Source of the DNA: an uncultured Desulfosarcina sp.
GTDB taxonomy: Bacteria; Desulfobacterota; Desulfobacteria; Desulfobacterales; Desulfosarcinaceae
Reading direction: 5' to 3'
NCBI GenBank assembly: GCA_963674945.2
Contig: CAXXWQ010000003.1
Coordinates: 1,280,001-1,344,000, forward strand
Length of the DNA stretch: 64,000 bases
Position numbers and translations under genes: made by a program. This document shows, piece after piece, positions 29,992-41,756 of this stretch. The notes beneath the pieces were generated by a model. The model worked only from the letters and a program-made list of their open reading frames with translations. It was not told the DNA's origin and searched no databases. How positions within the stretch are numbered: position 1 is the stretch's first letter; each line of letters opens with the position of its first letter.

Positions 29992-32020
29992 TGGCAAGAA
30001 TCAGGCCGCGGATCTGTGGCAAGCGTTGGACCGATGGCTGGAACACGGCTGGATACGCCCCCTGGACCGTGCATTCGTGGATTTTCTTCGATCCCAGGAA
30101 CCCGATAGCCCCATGCCGGTCCTGCTTGCGGCGGTGCTGGTCAGCCATCAATTGGGCCGGGGACATGTTTGCTTAGACCTCGACGCCTGCCTGGCCCGAA
30201 CCGATGAAACCCTCTCTTTGCCTCCGGAAGGAGTGGTGCCGGACAATCGCTGTCCGGGACCGGAAACACTTTTCCGGGGATTGACCCTCGCGTCGTGGAC
30301 CCAATGTATCGACGAGACCCCCCTGGTGGAAACAAGCCACGGCACCGCCCCCCTGGTCCTGGACGGCAACCGATTGTACATGCGCCGCTTCTGGGTATAC
30401 ACCCGGTATGTGGCCGAAACGATCCTGCACCGGACCCGATTTACCTTACCGGTACCGGCGGATCTGGCGGTTCGCCTGGACAGGCGATTCGAGGCACTGC
30501 GCAGTGCCCCCGAGCGAGAAAAATCCGAAGTGCACTGGCAGAGCGTGGCCGCAGCCCTTGCCGTGAAAAGCGCATTTTGCGTGATTTCCGGAGGCCCCGG
30601 CACGGGAAAGACCACTACCGTGGTTCACCTGCTGGCACTGCTGCAGGAACTGGCCCTGGAGCAGGGAGAAAAACTGCGTATCGCCCTGGCCGCACCCACC
30701 GGGAAGGCCGCGGCCCGGCTCACCGAGTCCATCGGAACGGCCGCGGGTAGCCTTCCCGAGGCCCTGAGAGAGACGATCCCTTTGGAAGCGTCCACTTTGC
30801 ACCGGCTTTTGGGCGGCCGCCCCGGTACCCGGCATTTTTCCCACAACGGGGAAAACCCCCTCCATCTGGATCTATTGGCCGTAGACGAGGCCTCCATGAT
30901 CGACCTGGAGATGATGGCCTCCCTGCTTTCAGCCTTGCCCGAAAAGGCCCGCCTCATTCTCTTGGGGGACAAGGACCAGCTGGCCTCTGTGGAGGCGGGT
31001 TCGGTGCTGGGAGACCTGTGCCGCCATGTAGCGGCAACAGATCATCCGGCCCCTATCGCGCAATGGATCTTTGAAAACACCGGCTATACGTTGCCGGTCT
31101 CAGGTGTTGCACAATCGCCGCTGGCCGCCCATGTTGCCGTGCTGCACAAGAGTCATCGGTTCGACCACAAAAGCGGCATCGGTGAATTGGCCTGCGCGGT
31201 AAACAGCGGAATGCCCGACCAGGTGGCCTCCGTCTGGAATCGAAATTTCGAAGACATTGATACAATCATTTTATCCGGCCCAGATGACCGTAGATTGGAA
31301 AGGCTGGTACTGGATGGTCGCTCTTCGGCATCTGCCGGGGAAGAAAAAATCGAGAAATCGAAAGGCTACCGCCGCTACCTGGAACGGCTGGCTGCCGGCA
31401 TCCCCGACGGCGTGACCGAGGATCGATGGCTGAAACAGATTCTGGATGACTTCGGCCGATTCCAATTGCTCACCCCCTTGCACAAGGGGCCGTGGGGGAG
31501 AGAACGCCTCAACCAAAAAATCGCCGAGGCACTTTTTCGTCACGGGCTTATTGGAGACACCAAAGGATGGTACCCCGGCCGGCCGGTCATGCTCACATGC
31601 AACGACTATAGTCTGGGGCTTATGAACGGAGACACGGGGATTGCGATTCTCGTTGGAAAAGAAAAGACACGGGAAGAAAAAATTCTTAAGGTGGTCTTTC
31701 CCATGGCGGACGGCACCTTGAAAAAGGTGCTGCCGTCCCGTCTCGGTCATGTGGAAACAGTGTACGCCATGACCGTTCACAAATCCCAGGGTTCGGAATT
31801 CGACCACACGGTCCTGGTCCTTCCCGATAGAAGCACCCCCCTGGTGACACGGGAGCTGATCTATACGGCTGTCACACGGTCGAAAACACTGTTCACCCTG
31901 GCCTGCCCCGATGAACGCCTGATGGAAGACACGGTGAGAAGAAGGATCCACCGGGCGTCTGGATTGGGGGATCTGTTGCAATCCTTTGAGAGTGTGGATC
32001 ACCCGCAAAAACAAGTTTAA
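29981..32020 (+). CDS. recD: Exodeoxyribonuclease V alpha subunit
   Basis: ISGGPGTGKTT, AAPTGKAAARL, VDEASMID, AMTVHKSQGSEF, ELIYTAVTR. Confidence 0.97.
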   Translation: MMHNGKNQAADLWQALDRWLEHGWIRPLDRAFVDFLRSQEPDSPMPVLLAAVLVSHQLGRGHVCLDLDACLARTDETLSLPPEGVVPDNRCPGPETLFRGLTLASWTQCIDETPLVETSHGTAPLVLDGNRLYMRRFWVYTRYVAETILHRTRFTLPVPADLAVRLDRRFEALRSAPEREKSEVHWQSVAAALAVKSAFCVISGGPGTGKTTTVVHLLALLQELALEQGEKLRIALAAPTGKAAARLTESIGTAAGSLPEALRETIPLEASTLHRLLGGRPGTRHFSHNGENPLHLDLLAVDEASMIDLEMMASLLSALPEKARLILLGDKDQLASVEAGSVLGDLCRHVAATDHPAPIAQWIFENTGYTLPVSGVAQSPLAAHVAVLHKSHRFDHKSGIGELACAVNSGMPDQVASVWNRNFEDIDTIILSGPDDRRLERLVLDGRSSASAGEEKIEKSKGYRRYLERLAAGIPDGVTEDRWLKQILDDFGRFQLLTPLHKGPWGRERLNQKIAEALFRHGLIGDTKGWYPGRPVMLTCNDYSLGLMNGDTGIAILVGKEKTREEKILKVVFPMADGTLKKVLPSRLGHVETVYAMTVHKSQGSEFDHTVLVLPDRSTPLVTRELIYTAVTRSKTLFTLACPDERLMEDTVRRRIHRASGLGDLLQSFESVDHPQKQV

Positions 32021-32057
32021 GTGAAACCCATAACGTAAAAATGATCGAGTCACAAAC

Positions 32058-34601
32058 ATGGACAAATCGTCACCGATCGTATCACTGATTTCAAAGCTGT
32101 TGGCGGGTCCGGCGAGGCCGGGGCAGGCCTTCACCATGCCCGGCGCCAATTATGACGAAGTCTACCGGATGGGCCGGCGCTTCAGAGCCTATTTCGAAAA
32201 CCATGACCGGGGCGAAGCCCCGGTCTGCCTCCTTTCGAACGACCGGGCCGTCATGGCATCGGCACTGTTGGCATCGTTGGCCGGCGGTCCGGAGTTGCTG
32301 GTTCCCTACGCGTTGTCGGATGGGGCCATTTCGACACTGAAACGACTGACCGGATTCACCGTGGCCATCGGGAAAACCATGGACAGGGTCATAAGCGGAA
32401 TTACCATCGTCGACGGGGATTCTCTCGAAGAAGAGGCCGAGTCCCTGGCAATCGATGAGCCGGCGCCGGATCGCACCTGGATTCATCTTTTCACCGGTGG
32501 CTCCACGGGAAAGCCGAAACTGTGGACCAAGACCCCGGCCAATCTGCTGGGTGAGGCGGACTTTCTGGTCCAACGTTTCGAAATCAAAAGCGTTGACCGC
32601 ATTCTGGCTACCGTGAGCCCGCTTCATATTTACGGACTTCTTTACTCTCTTCTCGCCCCCATGGTGGCCACGGCACGCGTCGTGGCAGAAACTCCCTTTC
32701 TCCCTGAAGAGATCAAGCAGAAGATGGCCGAAGCGATGCCGACCATCTTCGTCAGCGTTCCGCCCCACTATCGCGCCCTTGGTGCAAACCCGCCGGAAAA
32801 GGGTGCCATGCGCCTGGCCTTCTCATCCGCCGGCCCCCTGCCCGAAGAGGACGGCGTCGCCTTTTCCAAGGCAACGGAAACAGACATCGTGGAAATTTAC
32901 GGAAGCACGGAGACAGGAGGCGTCGCAACCCGCTGCCGAAATAAAAAAGAAGAAGGATTCACACCATATGACTGCATCCGATGGCGTATTGCCGGTGAGC
33001 AGCTGGATATCGACTCCCCGTTTCTCTCCCGTGAACTACCGATACGGGAAAGCGGCTGGTTTACCGTGTCCGACCGGGTCAAATCCCATGGAAGCAATGC
33101 TTTTCTCGTCACCGGCCGTGTGGATCACATCGTCAAGGTGGGGGGGAACCGGGTAGACCTGCAGCGGGTCCGTCAGGTGCTGTTGGAATCCGAAGACATC
33201 GCCGATGCCCTGGTACTGGCATATCCCGTGGACAGTTCCCGGGAAAACGAGATCGTCGCACTGCTGGTGGGCGACGCATCCGAACCCCATATCAAAGTGG
33301 CGCTGGAAGAGATTCTAGAGCCCTATGAGCTGCCCAGGAAAATTCGATGGATCGACGCCATTCCCAGAACGGCCATGGGCAAGATCGACGGGCAGGCCGC
33401 ACGGCGAATTGCAAGCGAACAATCCGTTCCATCTCAGTCCTTCAAAAAAGAGGAAACACCCGGAGACAAAGATGAGGATCGTGACGATTCCAGGCACATA
33501 GAATCGCCGCACCCTTTGGGTGGCAAGCCGCCGGCACCGATGGTTCGGCGATGGGTCCATTCCGCCCCTTCGTACGACCTCGATCCGAAGTATGCAGCCC
33601 CGAGTCTTTTGGCATGGTTAACCCCGGATATGAAAACGCCCCTTGCCGCCGATGCGGCATCCTTGCGAAAACTGGTCGATTGGGACAAGACGCCTTGCTC
33701 ATTCACGCTGGTAGTCCACGAAGACACCGAAATTCGGCGAATCCTGCAGGGGTCCCGTCCCGCCAGCCTCGGGATTGCCGTGGTACTTGGAACACGGTAT
33801 GCCACCGGCTATCTGTGTAACCTGAAAGATGGAACGCCGATGGCAGCAGCAACCGAGGATTTGTTCGATCAAGGAGCGGATGAAAAAAAACATTTTTCCG
33901 GCAAGGAATCAGGGGAGATTGCCCGAGTGATCGACCTTGTCCTGGGCCGTTGCCTCAAAGCCGTTGACGCTTCGCCCGAGGCGGTGGACGATATCGTGGT
34001 ATGCGCCGGATCTGCCATGACCTATGCCCTCTGCAGTCTTCCCGAGCGTGCCCTGCGGGTTCTGTCCCATCTTCCCGTGACACTGACGCCACCGGTTTTA
34101 CGTGCAGGTGATCTCGGCCTTGCCGTTCATCCGACGGTGACCGTTTTCCCCATGCCCATCGTCTCGGATCATATCGGCGGTGACACGCTGTCCGCCGTCC
34201 TGGCGGACCGGACCTTCGAAAGAGAAGAAACCACGCTGCTGGCAAATTTCGGAGAACAGCCGGCCGTGGTATTGGGAAGCAGCGCAAGGTTGTGGAGCAC
34301 CGGTTGCGGTGCAAAAACATTTATGAAAGGTGAATTTGCCGAAGAAGTCAAAGGGTTGATGGAAAAAGCGGGCATCCAAAGAATTGACCGGCTCATCGTC
34401 ACCGGAACAGCTTCCGATCATTCATGGAAAGAAAAGATAATTTCGACAAAGACGTTCCTGCCATCTGTTTTCGACGGAAAATTCGAACTCGATGAGGACC
34501 TGATCGCCAAAGGGACGATGATGGTCTTGCTGGACGGGAAATGGAGAAAAGAGGCGATTTCGCTTTGCCACCGAATTTCAAATCTAAAATTTGGAATTTG
34601 A
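32058..34601 (+). CDS. AMP-binding acyl-CoA ligase-like domain fused to a degenerate ASKHA/RACo-like domain
   Basis: N-terminal adenylation motifs FTGGSTGKPK, IYGSTETGG, GRVDHIVKVGGNRV, PRTAMGK; C-terminal part aligns by eye to 42692..44248. Confidence 0.75.
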   Translation: MDKSSPIVSLISKLLAGPARPGQAFTMPGANYDEVYRMGRRFRAYFENHDRGEAPVCLLSNDRAVMASALLASLAGGPELLVPYALSDGAISTLKRLTGFTVAIGKTMDRVISGITIVDGDSLEEEAESLAIDEPAPDRTWIHLFTGGSTGKPKLWTKTPANLLGEADFLVQRFEIKSVDRILATVSPLHIYGLLYSLLAPMVATARVVAETPFLPEEIKQKMAEAMPTIFVSVPPHYRALGANPPEKGAMRLAFSSAGPLPEEDGVAFSKATETDIVEIYGSTETGGVATRCRNKKEEGFTPYDCIRWRIAGEQLDIDSPFLSRELPIRESGWFTVSDRVKSHGSNAFLVTGRVDHIVKVGGNRVDLQRVRQVLLESEDIADALVLAYPVDSSRENEIVALLVGDASEPHIKVALEEILEPYELPRKIRWIDAIPRTAMGKIDGQAARRIASEQSVPSQSFKKEETPGDKDEDRDDSRHIESPHPLGGKPPAPMVRRWVHSAPSYDLDPKYAAPSLLAWLTPDMKTPLAADAASLRKLVDWDKTPCSFTLVVHEDTEIRRILQGSRPASLGIAVVLGTRYATGYLCNLKDGTPMAAATEDLFDQGADEKKHFSGKESGEIARVIDLVLGRCLKAVDASPEAVDDIVVCAGSAMTYALCSLPERALRVLSHLPVTLTPPVLRAGDLGLAVHPTVTVFPMPIVSDHIGGDTLSAVLADRTFEREETTLLANFGEQPAVVLGSSARLWSTGCGAKTFMKGEFAEEVKGLMEKAGIQRIDRLIVTGTASDHSWKEKIISTKTFLPSVFDGKFELDEDLIAKGTMMVLLDGKWRKEAISLCHRISNLKFGI

Positions 34602-34605
34602 AATT
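34574..34605. terminator. AT-rich hairpin at the junction of convergent genes
   Basis: aatttcaaat ... atttgaaatt inverted repeat spanning the ligase stop codon and abutting the ridA stop. Confidence 0.35.
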
Positions 34606-34985
34606 TATACCAGGGCCGTGCATTTAATCTCTACAAATGCCCCCTTGGGAAGGGCACTCACCTCGATGACGGCACGTGCCGGCCGGTGACTCGAAAAGTA
34701 CTCGGTGTAGACTGCGTTAAAATCCATGAACCGGCTCATATCCGTGAGAAAGACATCCACGGCAGCCACCCGATCCAAGTCGCTTCCTGCTGCGATGAGA
34801 ATCTGTTTCATATTCTCGAGGGCCTGCCGGGCCTGGGGTTCCAACTTTTTATCCACCAGTTCACCGGTATCCGGGTCCATTCCCAACTGGCCGCTGATAA
34901 ATACGAATGGCGGGGCGACCACGGCCTGGGAATACGGACCGATGGCCGCCGGTGCGTTGTCGGTTTCAACCGTTCTCATGGTCAT
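34605..34985 (-). CDS. ridA: RidA/YjgF family imine deaminase
   Basis: APAAIGPYSQAV, FISGQL, RPARAVIEVSALPKG, VEI. Confidence 0.93.
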   Translation of the reverse strand: MTMRTVETDNAPAAIGPYSQAVVAPPFVFISGQLGMDPDTGELVDKKLEPQARQALENMKQILIAAGSDLDRVAAVDVFLTDMSRFMDFNAVYTEYFSSHRPARAVIEVSALPKGAFVEIKCTALV

Positions 34986-35169
34986 CGAAAAACTCCTTCC
35001 GCTTCATTTTTTTCGGAGATCGAAATGTTTTTTTACCCATCATAGCGGTTGAAAAAAAGATCACCTTACCCCCTCGATGGCATAGGTTTTTCGATAGTGT
35101 TTTCGGCGAGGCCAGAGGGAGGAAGCTGTATGCCGAATACCGCGACGACCGATAACGCTGTCGGGAAAC

Positions 35170-36867
35170 CTATAGTTTTCCTTTTTTGATGATTGCGACA
35201 AGCAGCCAAAACCCCATCACCGCCGCGGCAACGAAACCGATGATACCAATCAGGGAGATTCCGTAAATCAAAGGAGGTGTTTTCGAGATGACGATGAGCG
35301 CCGATCCCACGATCAACGCGGCAATAATAATGGAAAAGCTGATGCGGTTGCTGATCTGGTCATGGGTGGAAAGCATCTCCTCCAGCCCCTTCATCTCCAG
35401 TTGAAAGGTGAGATTCTTTTTCCGGATGGTCCGTGTGATCTCCAATAGATCCTTGGGAAATGCCTGGATGAAGTCCATATACTGGGTGACGATGCCCAAC
35501 AGGTCTCTGGTCATGCGTCCGGGAGAAAAACGGGCGAGCTTAACCCGCTTGATGAAGGGCTCGGCATGAACAATCATGTCGAAATCGGGATCCAGGGCCA
35601 TCCCCACCCCTTCCACGGTACTCAACGCTTTCATCATCAAGAAAATCTCCGGTGGGAGGCGGAGCCGATGTTCGGCGCACAGTTCCAGGATGTGATTGAG
35701 CAGCTTGCCGATCTGGATATCCTTGAGGGGTTTGAACATGTGCTCACCCAAAAAATCGGCCACGTCCTTCCCTAAAAGGCGCATATCCGGAGTTTCCTCC
35801 CACAGGGTCAGATTGAGCAGCACCCGAGCGATACGCTGCTCGTCCCGATGGACCACGGCATCCACCAACTCCACGAAGCCCTCACGGGTTTTGCGGTCAA
35901 TGGTCCCCATCATTCCGAAATCCAGAAGGCAGATCACGTTATTGGGCAAGACAAACAGGTTGCCCGGATGGGGATCGGCATGAAAGAAGCCGTGCTCGAA
36001 AACCTGGGTCAGAAGGATGTCGGCGCCACGTCGGGTGATGAGGCCGCGATCGTAACCCCTTGCATCCAGTTGTTCGAGATTAGAGACCTTGATGCCGTTC
36101 ACGAACTCGGTCGTGAGTACGCGTTGGGTGGTAATCTCCCTGTAAACCTTTGGGATGTATACGGAATCGTCGTGAAGAAAGGATCGGGCCACCCGCTCCA
36201 TACTGGTGGCTTCGAGGGTGTAATCCAACTCTTTTTCGATGGTCCGGGCGAATTCCTCGACGATGTTCACCGGTTGGTGCAGCGCCAATTCCTCGATGTG
36301 GCGCTCTGCCAACGTGGCCAGGTGGAGCATGATCTCCAGGTCCACCTCGATGGTTTTTCGGATGCCCGGACGCTGCACCTTGACGGCCACCTCGTCTCCA
36401 TCGGCAAGACACGCCCGATGGACCTGGCCGATGGATGCCGAGGCCAGAGGTTCCGGGTCAAGTTCGTCGAACCACGCGTCAACGGATCGTCCCGTCTCCG
36501 TTTCGATGATTCGCCGGATGTCCGAAAAGGGAAAGGAAGGAATCTTGTCCTGAAGTTTTGCCAATTCCCGGATAAAATCCACGGGGATCAGGTCCGTACG
36601 GGTGGAAAGGATCTGGCCCATTTTAATATAGGTGGGTCCCAGTTCCTCGATGGCCATGCGGACACGAACCGCCCGAGACAGGCGCTCCACCCGTTCCCGG
36701 CGATTTCGGGAGATCATCTGCAGACCGATCTCGATATACTGATCGATCTTGAGCAGGTCCACGATATCGTCGAAACCGTACTTGAACAGCACCGCCAAAA
36801 TTTGTCGGTACCGGGCCAAATTCCTATAGGTACGGCCGATAACGCCGATTTTTCGAATACTGATCAT
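35170..36867 (-). CDS. ubiB: ABC1/AarF/UbiB family atypical kinase
   Basis: [43 protein letters not shown], two C-terminal TM segments. Confidence 0.9.
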   Translation of the reverse strand: MISIRKIGVIGRTYRNLARYRQILAVLFKYGFDDIVDLLKIDQYIEIGLQMISRNRRERVERLSRAVRVRMAIEELGPTYIKMGQILSTRTDLIPVDFIRELAKLQDKIPSFPFSDIRRIIETETGRSVDAWFDELDPEPLASASIGQVHRACLADGDEVAVKVQRPGIRKTIEVDLEIMLHLATLAERHIEELALHQPVNIVEEFARTIEKELDYTLEATSMERVARSFLHDDSVYIPKVYREITTQRVLTTEFVNGIKVSNLEQLDARGYDRGLITRRGADILLTQVFEHGFFHADPHPGNLFVLPNNVICLLDFGMMGTIDRKTREGFVELVDAVVHRDEQRIARVLLNLTLWEETPDMRLLGKDVADFLGEHMFKPLKDIQIGKLLNHILELCAEHRLRLPPEIFLMMKALSTVEGVGMALDPDFDMIVHAEPFIKRVKLARFSPGRMTRDLLGIVTQYMDFIQAFPKDLLEITRTIRKKNLTFQLEMKGLEEMLSTHDQISNRISFSIIIAALIVGSALIVISKTPPLIYGISLIGIIGFVAAAVMGFWLLVAIIKKGKL

Positions 36868-36876
36868 GGGCGGGGC

Positions 36877-37194
36877 TTACGCGTCTTCCCCGGCATCTTT
36901 AGAACTGATCAGACTTTTCAGCTCCCGAATCTCCTTTTTGAGCCCCTTTAAGTCCTCCTGGGTGACCACATCCGCCCTTTTTAAAAGCTTCTTGACGCTT
37001 TCTTCCACCCGTTCCTCCAGTTTCTGCTGTGCATCCTCATAGCGGTCTTGCATGTCCCTGACGAACTTGCGACCTTCGGCCTCGGTCGTCTTGCCCTGCT
37101 TGGCGATATCATCCACAATGTCCTCCACCTCGTCCCACGCCTTCAGTGCGAGTCCGACACCAGCGAGCATGCTCTTTCGAACCAGATCAAACAT
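36877..37194 (-). CDS. Phasin-like coiled-coil protein
   Basis: MFDLVRKSMLAGVGL..KQGKTTEAEGRKFV; AGGAG RBS before ATG 37194; commonly paired with ABC1 kinase. Confidence 0.75.
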   Translation of the reverse strand: MFDLVRKSMLAGVGLALKAWDEVEDIVDDIAKQGKTTEAEGRKFVRDMQDRYEDAQQKLEERVEESVKKLLKRADVVTQEDLKGLKKEIRELKSLISSKDAGEDA

Positions 37195-37572
37195 GATATT
37201 CTCCTTATGTTGGAATTCTTCGGATATAAGGGCGGACGAAGGACGGCGAAATGTCCGCGCCATGGCCACCGTAACCGTGATGGGTGTATGAATATCGAAT
37301 GGGAAAAACTTAGCACAAGGGTATCACCATGGCAAGGTGTTGCTGCGGTATGCACAGGGTAACCGCATTTGTATGCTGGTGCAACCGTATTGGCAATGAT
37401 GCGTTGAAATCATGGGATAATAGGCAAAAATGCAAATGGGTCAACCCAGTTTCGTGCGCCATAAGCCTTGACTGTTCGATCCAACTGACTTAATCATCTG
37501 TGGATCGAACAGCGGCACGAATGCCGCCTGCAACTGTAATTTGATCCTATTAGGGAAAAGGAGTTAAGCACC

Positions 37573-38322
37573 ATGCCCGTATCCATTGCCATGGCCGGGA
37601 AAGGGGGTACCGGAAAGACCACCGTTGCCGGCATGCTGATCAAATACCTGATGAGCAAGGACAAAGCCCCGGTACTGGCCGTCGACGCAGATGCAAATGC
37701 CAACTTGAACGAGGTCCTGGGGCTCGAAGTCACCGACACGTTGGGAAACGCAAGGGAGGAGATGAAAAAAGGCGATGTGCCCCCGGGCATGACCAAGGAT
37801 GTTTTCATGTCCATGCGGCTGGAGCAGGCCGTGATTGAGCAAAAAGGGTTCGATCTGGTGGTCATGGGACAGCCCGAAGGTGCGGGATGCTATTGTGCCG
37901 CCAACACCCTGCTGACCGGTTTTCTTGATCGGCTCGGCGATAACTACCCCTACATCGTCATGGACAACGAGGCCGGCATGGAGCACCTGAGCCGGCTTAC
38001 CACCAAAAACGTGGATGTGCTGCTCATCGTCACCGACACATCCCGACGGGGGCTTCAGGCAGGACTTCGCATCCACAAACTGGCCCAGGACTTGAAGATT
38101 GGCGTGAAAAAAAGCTACATTCTGATCAATCAGGCCAAGGCCGATCCAACGGATGAAGTAATATCCATCTTACAGGAAAGCGGCCTGGAACTGGCCGGGG
38201 TGATTCCCGATGACGAAAAGGTCTACGAATTCGATATGGAAGGTATGCCAACCGTGAACCTCGATGCGGACAACCCCGCAATGAAGGCGGCATTTTCCAT
38301 TTTCGATGAAATCATTCCGTAA
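37573..38322 (+). CDS. cooC: CooC/AcsF nickel-insertion ATPase
   Basis: GKGGTGKTT, VDADAN, GCYC, DNEAGMEHLSR. Confidence 0.9.
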   Translation: MPVSIAMAGKGGTGKTTVAGMLIKYLMSKDKAPVLAVDADANANLNEVLGLEVTDTLGNAREEMKKGDVPPGMTKDVFMSMRLEQAVIEQKGFDLVVMGQPEGAGCYCAANTLLTGFLDRLGDNYPYIVMDNEAGMEHLSRLTTKNVDVLLIVTDTSRRGLQAGLRIHKLAQDLKIGVKKSYILINQAKADPTDEVISILQESGLELAGVIPDDEKVYEFDMEGMPTVNLDADNPAMKAAFSIFDEIIP

Positions 38323-38337
38323 AGGACGATACTACCC

Positions 38338-39288
<951 letters not shown>

Positions 39289-39358
39289 GACGGACCTCCA
39301 GGTCCAACCGAAACCGAACCGCTACAAACAACAATTTACAGCATACGAGGAAAATATC

Positions 39359-40036
39359 ATGTTTGTCAGTCGATCCATGGTCTCAGAAGTGATCACCATC
39401 GACAAGGAAGCGACCGTATTTACGGCCCAGGAAAAGATGACGGACAATGGTATCCGTCACCTCCCCGTGGTGGACGCACAAAATCACCTTATCGGCATCG
39501 TCACCGATCGGGACATCCGAAGTGCCCTGCCCTACCGCCTTATCAAGGAAAAACCGAACGCCGCGGAGAGGGAGGAACTGGCGAAGTTGAAGGTGGAAGA
39601 TATTATGACGCGCGACCCCAAAACCATTCCTTTGATGTACACCATTCAAGATGCCCTACTGATGTTTCAAAAGGAAAAGATAGGTGCCTTTCCGGTGGTG
39701 GACGATGAAGGCAAACTCAAGGGAATCCTCTCCGTGCGGGATCTTCTTCGGGCGTTCATCAATGTCCTGGGCATCGGTCGTCCCGGCACCCTCATATGCA
39801 TCGAAGCCGAGGAAAAGATCGGGCAAATGAAAAGGATCGTCGATGCCATAACCGAAGAGAACATATCATTCGGCAGTATTCTGGTGGCCCCCACCTGGGA
39901 AGAAAACAAGCGGGCCGTTTTCCCCTACCTGCTCACCAATACCGTATCCAAGGTGAAGAAGAAACTCACCGGCATGGGGTTCAAACTCATCGACCCCATG
40001 AAATGGTATATCGAGAAGGGTCCCGACAAATCATAG
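39359..40036 (+). CDS. CBS-pair protein with C-terminal ACT-like domain (AcuB-like)
   Basis: IRHLPVVD..LIGIVTDRDIR and FPVVDD.GKLKGILSVRDLL; start taken at MFVSRSM. Confidence 0.85.
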   Translation: MFVSRSMVSEVITIDKEATVFTAQEKMTDNGIRHLPVVDAQNHLIGIVTDRDIRSALPYRLIKEKPNAAEREELAKLKVEDIMTRDPKTIPLMYTIQDALLMFQKEKIGAFPVVDDEGKLKGILSVRDLLRAFINVLGIGRPGTLICIEAEEKIGQMKRIVDAITEENISFGSILVAPTWEENKRAVFPYLLTNTVSKVKKKLTGMGFKLIDPMKWYIEKGPDKS

Positions 40037-40049
40037 CGCATCTGAAACA

Positions 40050-40895
40050 ATGACAACTGCAATCGTTACGGAAAATCCTTACAAGGATCTTTATATCTAC
40101 TACTTTTCAGGGCGATTTCGTCCGGACCATCGCTTTCAACCCGCCGATTACCTCGGTTGCTGGGAGGAGGGGGAATTCTCATTCCTCTTTTTTCACCGTC
40201 CCAACCCGGGAGCGGTAGCGAGGGCAATCGGCCTTTGGCCGGATCTTGTGTTGCTGGACCAATACCAAATGTCCTACGAACAGTGGCATGGTGATGAAAT
40301 CAAACCCTGCCGTATCGGTGGATTCACTGTCACCCCCCCGTGGATTGACGACCAAAGGACTTTTTCAGAGCCGACCATCATCCTCGACCCCGGCGTGGTG
40401 TTCGGTACGGGAACCCATCCCACCACCCGAGACTGTATGGAGGCGCTGGAGCTGGCCATGGCGGACCAATCCGTCACGACCGCCCTGGACTTGGGAACGG
40501 GCACCGGTCTGCTTTCCCTTGCGGCGGCTCGGCTGGGGTGCCGTAAGGTACTCGCCATGGATCTCAATCTATTGGCCGCCCGGACCACAAAAAGGAATGT
40601 GCAATTGAATCGATTGTCGGATCGGATATTGGTGGCACAAGGGGATGCCGAGAAATTTATGGACTTTACGAGCGATCTTGTGATATCGAATATCCACTAT
40701 GATGTCATGAAGAACCTGATTCGTAGGAAGGGGTTTTTACTAAAAAGGCACTTTATTCTATCGGGATTGATGCGAAGTGAGGCTGCACAAATCGAATCGA
40801 CACTTGCCGATCTTCCAGTGAGAATTGTTCATCGTTGGCACAGCGAAGGCACCTGGGAAGGAACCTGGCATACCATATACGGTGTTGCCGCTTGA
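40050..40895 (+). CDS. prmA: PrmA-like ribosomal protein L11 methyltransferase
   Basis: LDPGVVFGTGTHPTT, LDLGTGTGLL, ILSGL. Confidence 0.8.
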   Translation: MTTAIVTENPYKDLYIYYFSGRFRPDHRFQPADYLGCWEEGEFSFLFFHRPNPGAVARAIGLWPDLVLLDQYQMSYEQWHGDEIKPCRIGGFTVTPPWIDDQRTFSEPTIILDPGVVFGTGTHPTTRDCMEALELAMADQSVTTALDLGTGTGLLSLAAARLGCRKVLAMDLNLLAARTTKRNVQLNRLSDRILVAQGDAEKFMDFTSDLVISNIHYDVMKNLIRRKGFLLKRHFILSGLMRSEAAQIESTLADLPVRIVHRWHSEGTWEGTWHTIYGVAA

Positions 40896-40916
40896 CATTT
40901 GAATCGAGGACTGACC

Positions 40917-41756
40917 ATGGACATCACCTGTTGGGGCTCCAGAGGTTCCATTCCTGTTTCCGGGAGGGAGTACAACAAATACGGCGGTGATACCACCTGT
41001 ATGGAGGTCCGTACCGACAGCGACGACATTATCATCGTCGATGCAGGTACAGGGATCCGACGACTGGGAAACCATCTGATCGAACAGGATCGATTTCGCT
41101 ATAATTTTCTCCTCACCCACGGTCACTGGGACCATCTGATGGGATTTCCCTTTTTCAAACCTCTCTTTCTCAGTCGTACCGAAATTCACATGCACCGGGC
41201 TCCTTTCCACAAAAAATTCATGGAGACCATGTTCTCCAAGGTGATGGCACCGCCCAACTTTCCCGTTCGTTACTCGGATCTGAAGGCAAAAATCATCTGG
41301 GAAGAGGGTCATCCGGCGGAATTTCGCATCGGATCAACCACCGTGGTTCCCATTCCCATCAGCCATCCCAATACGGGGAAAGGTTACAAGTTTATCGAAA
41401 ACGGCAGGACCTTCGTTTTCATCACCGACAACGAGCTGGGATTCGTCCATCCAGGTGGACTCCCCTTTTCAGACTATGTCGAATTTTGTAAAGGGGCCGA
41501 CCTTCTGATTCATGACGGCGAGTACACCGAGAGTGAGTATCAAAAACTCATCGAATGGGGCCACTCCTCCTTCACCGACGTATTGAAACTGTCGTTTGAA
41601 GCCGGTGTCAAACGACTGGGCTTGTTCCACCTCAATCAGGAAAGAACGGACGATCAGGTGGACGAAATCGTGGATCGGTGCAAGGAAATCATTGGGAAGA
41701 AAGGCGAGACACTGGACTGCTTTGCTGTGGGCCGTGATATGAAGTTCACACTATAA
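40917..41756 (+). CDS. Metallo-beta-lactamase fold hydrolase
   Basis: WGSRGSIP, YGGDTTC, DAGTG, THGHWDH, LIHDGEY, WGHS, LFH. Confidence 0.88.
   Translation: MDITCWGSRGSIPVSGREYNKYGGDTTCMEVRTDSDDIIIVDAGTGIRRLGNHLIEQDRFRYNFLLTHGHWDHLMGFPFFKPLFLSRTEIHMHRAPFHKKFMETMFSKVMAPPNFPVRYSDLKAKIIWEEGHPAEFRIGSTTVVPIPISHPNTGKGYKFIENGRTFVFITDNELGFVHPGGLPFSDYVEFCKGADLLIHDGEYTESEYQKLIEWGHSSFTDVLKLSFEAGVKRLGLFHLNQERTDDQVDEIVDRCKEIIGKKGETLDCFAVGRDMKFTL

Noticed and set aside
37330..37343. Possible sigma54 promoter TGGCAAGGTGTTGC (and TGGTTTGCATTTGC upstream of dctP)
   Set aside because: GG-to-GC spacing is 9 nt rather than the required 10.
40845..40868. EGTW-EGTW 12-bp near-tandem duplication at the prmA C-terminus
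   Set aside because: It is in frame, only two copies, and most likely a neutral micro-duplication.
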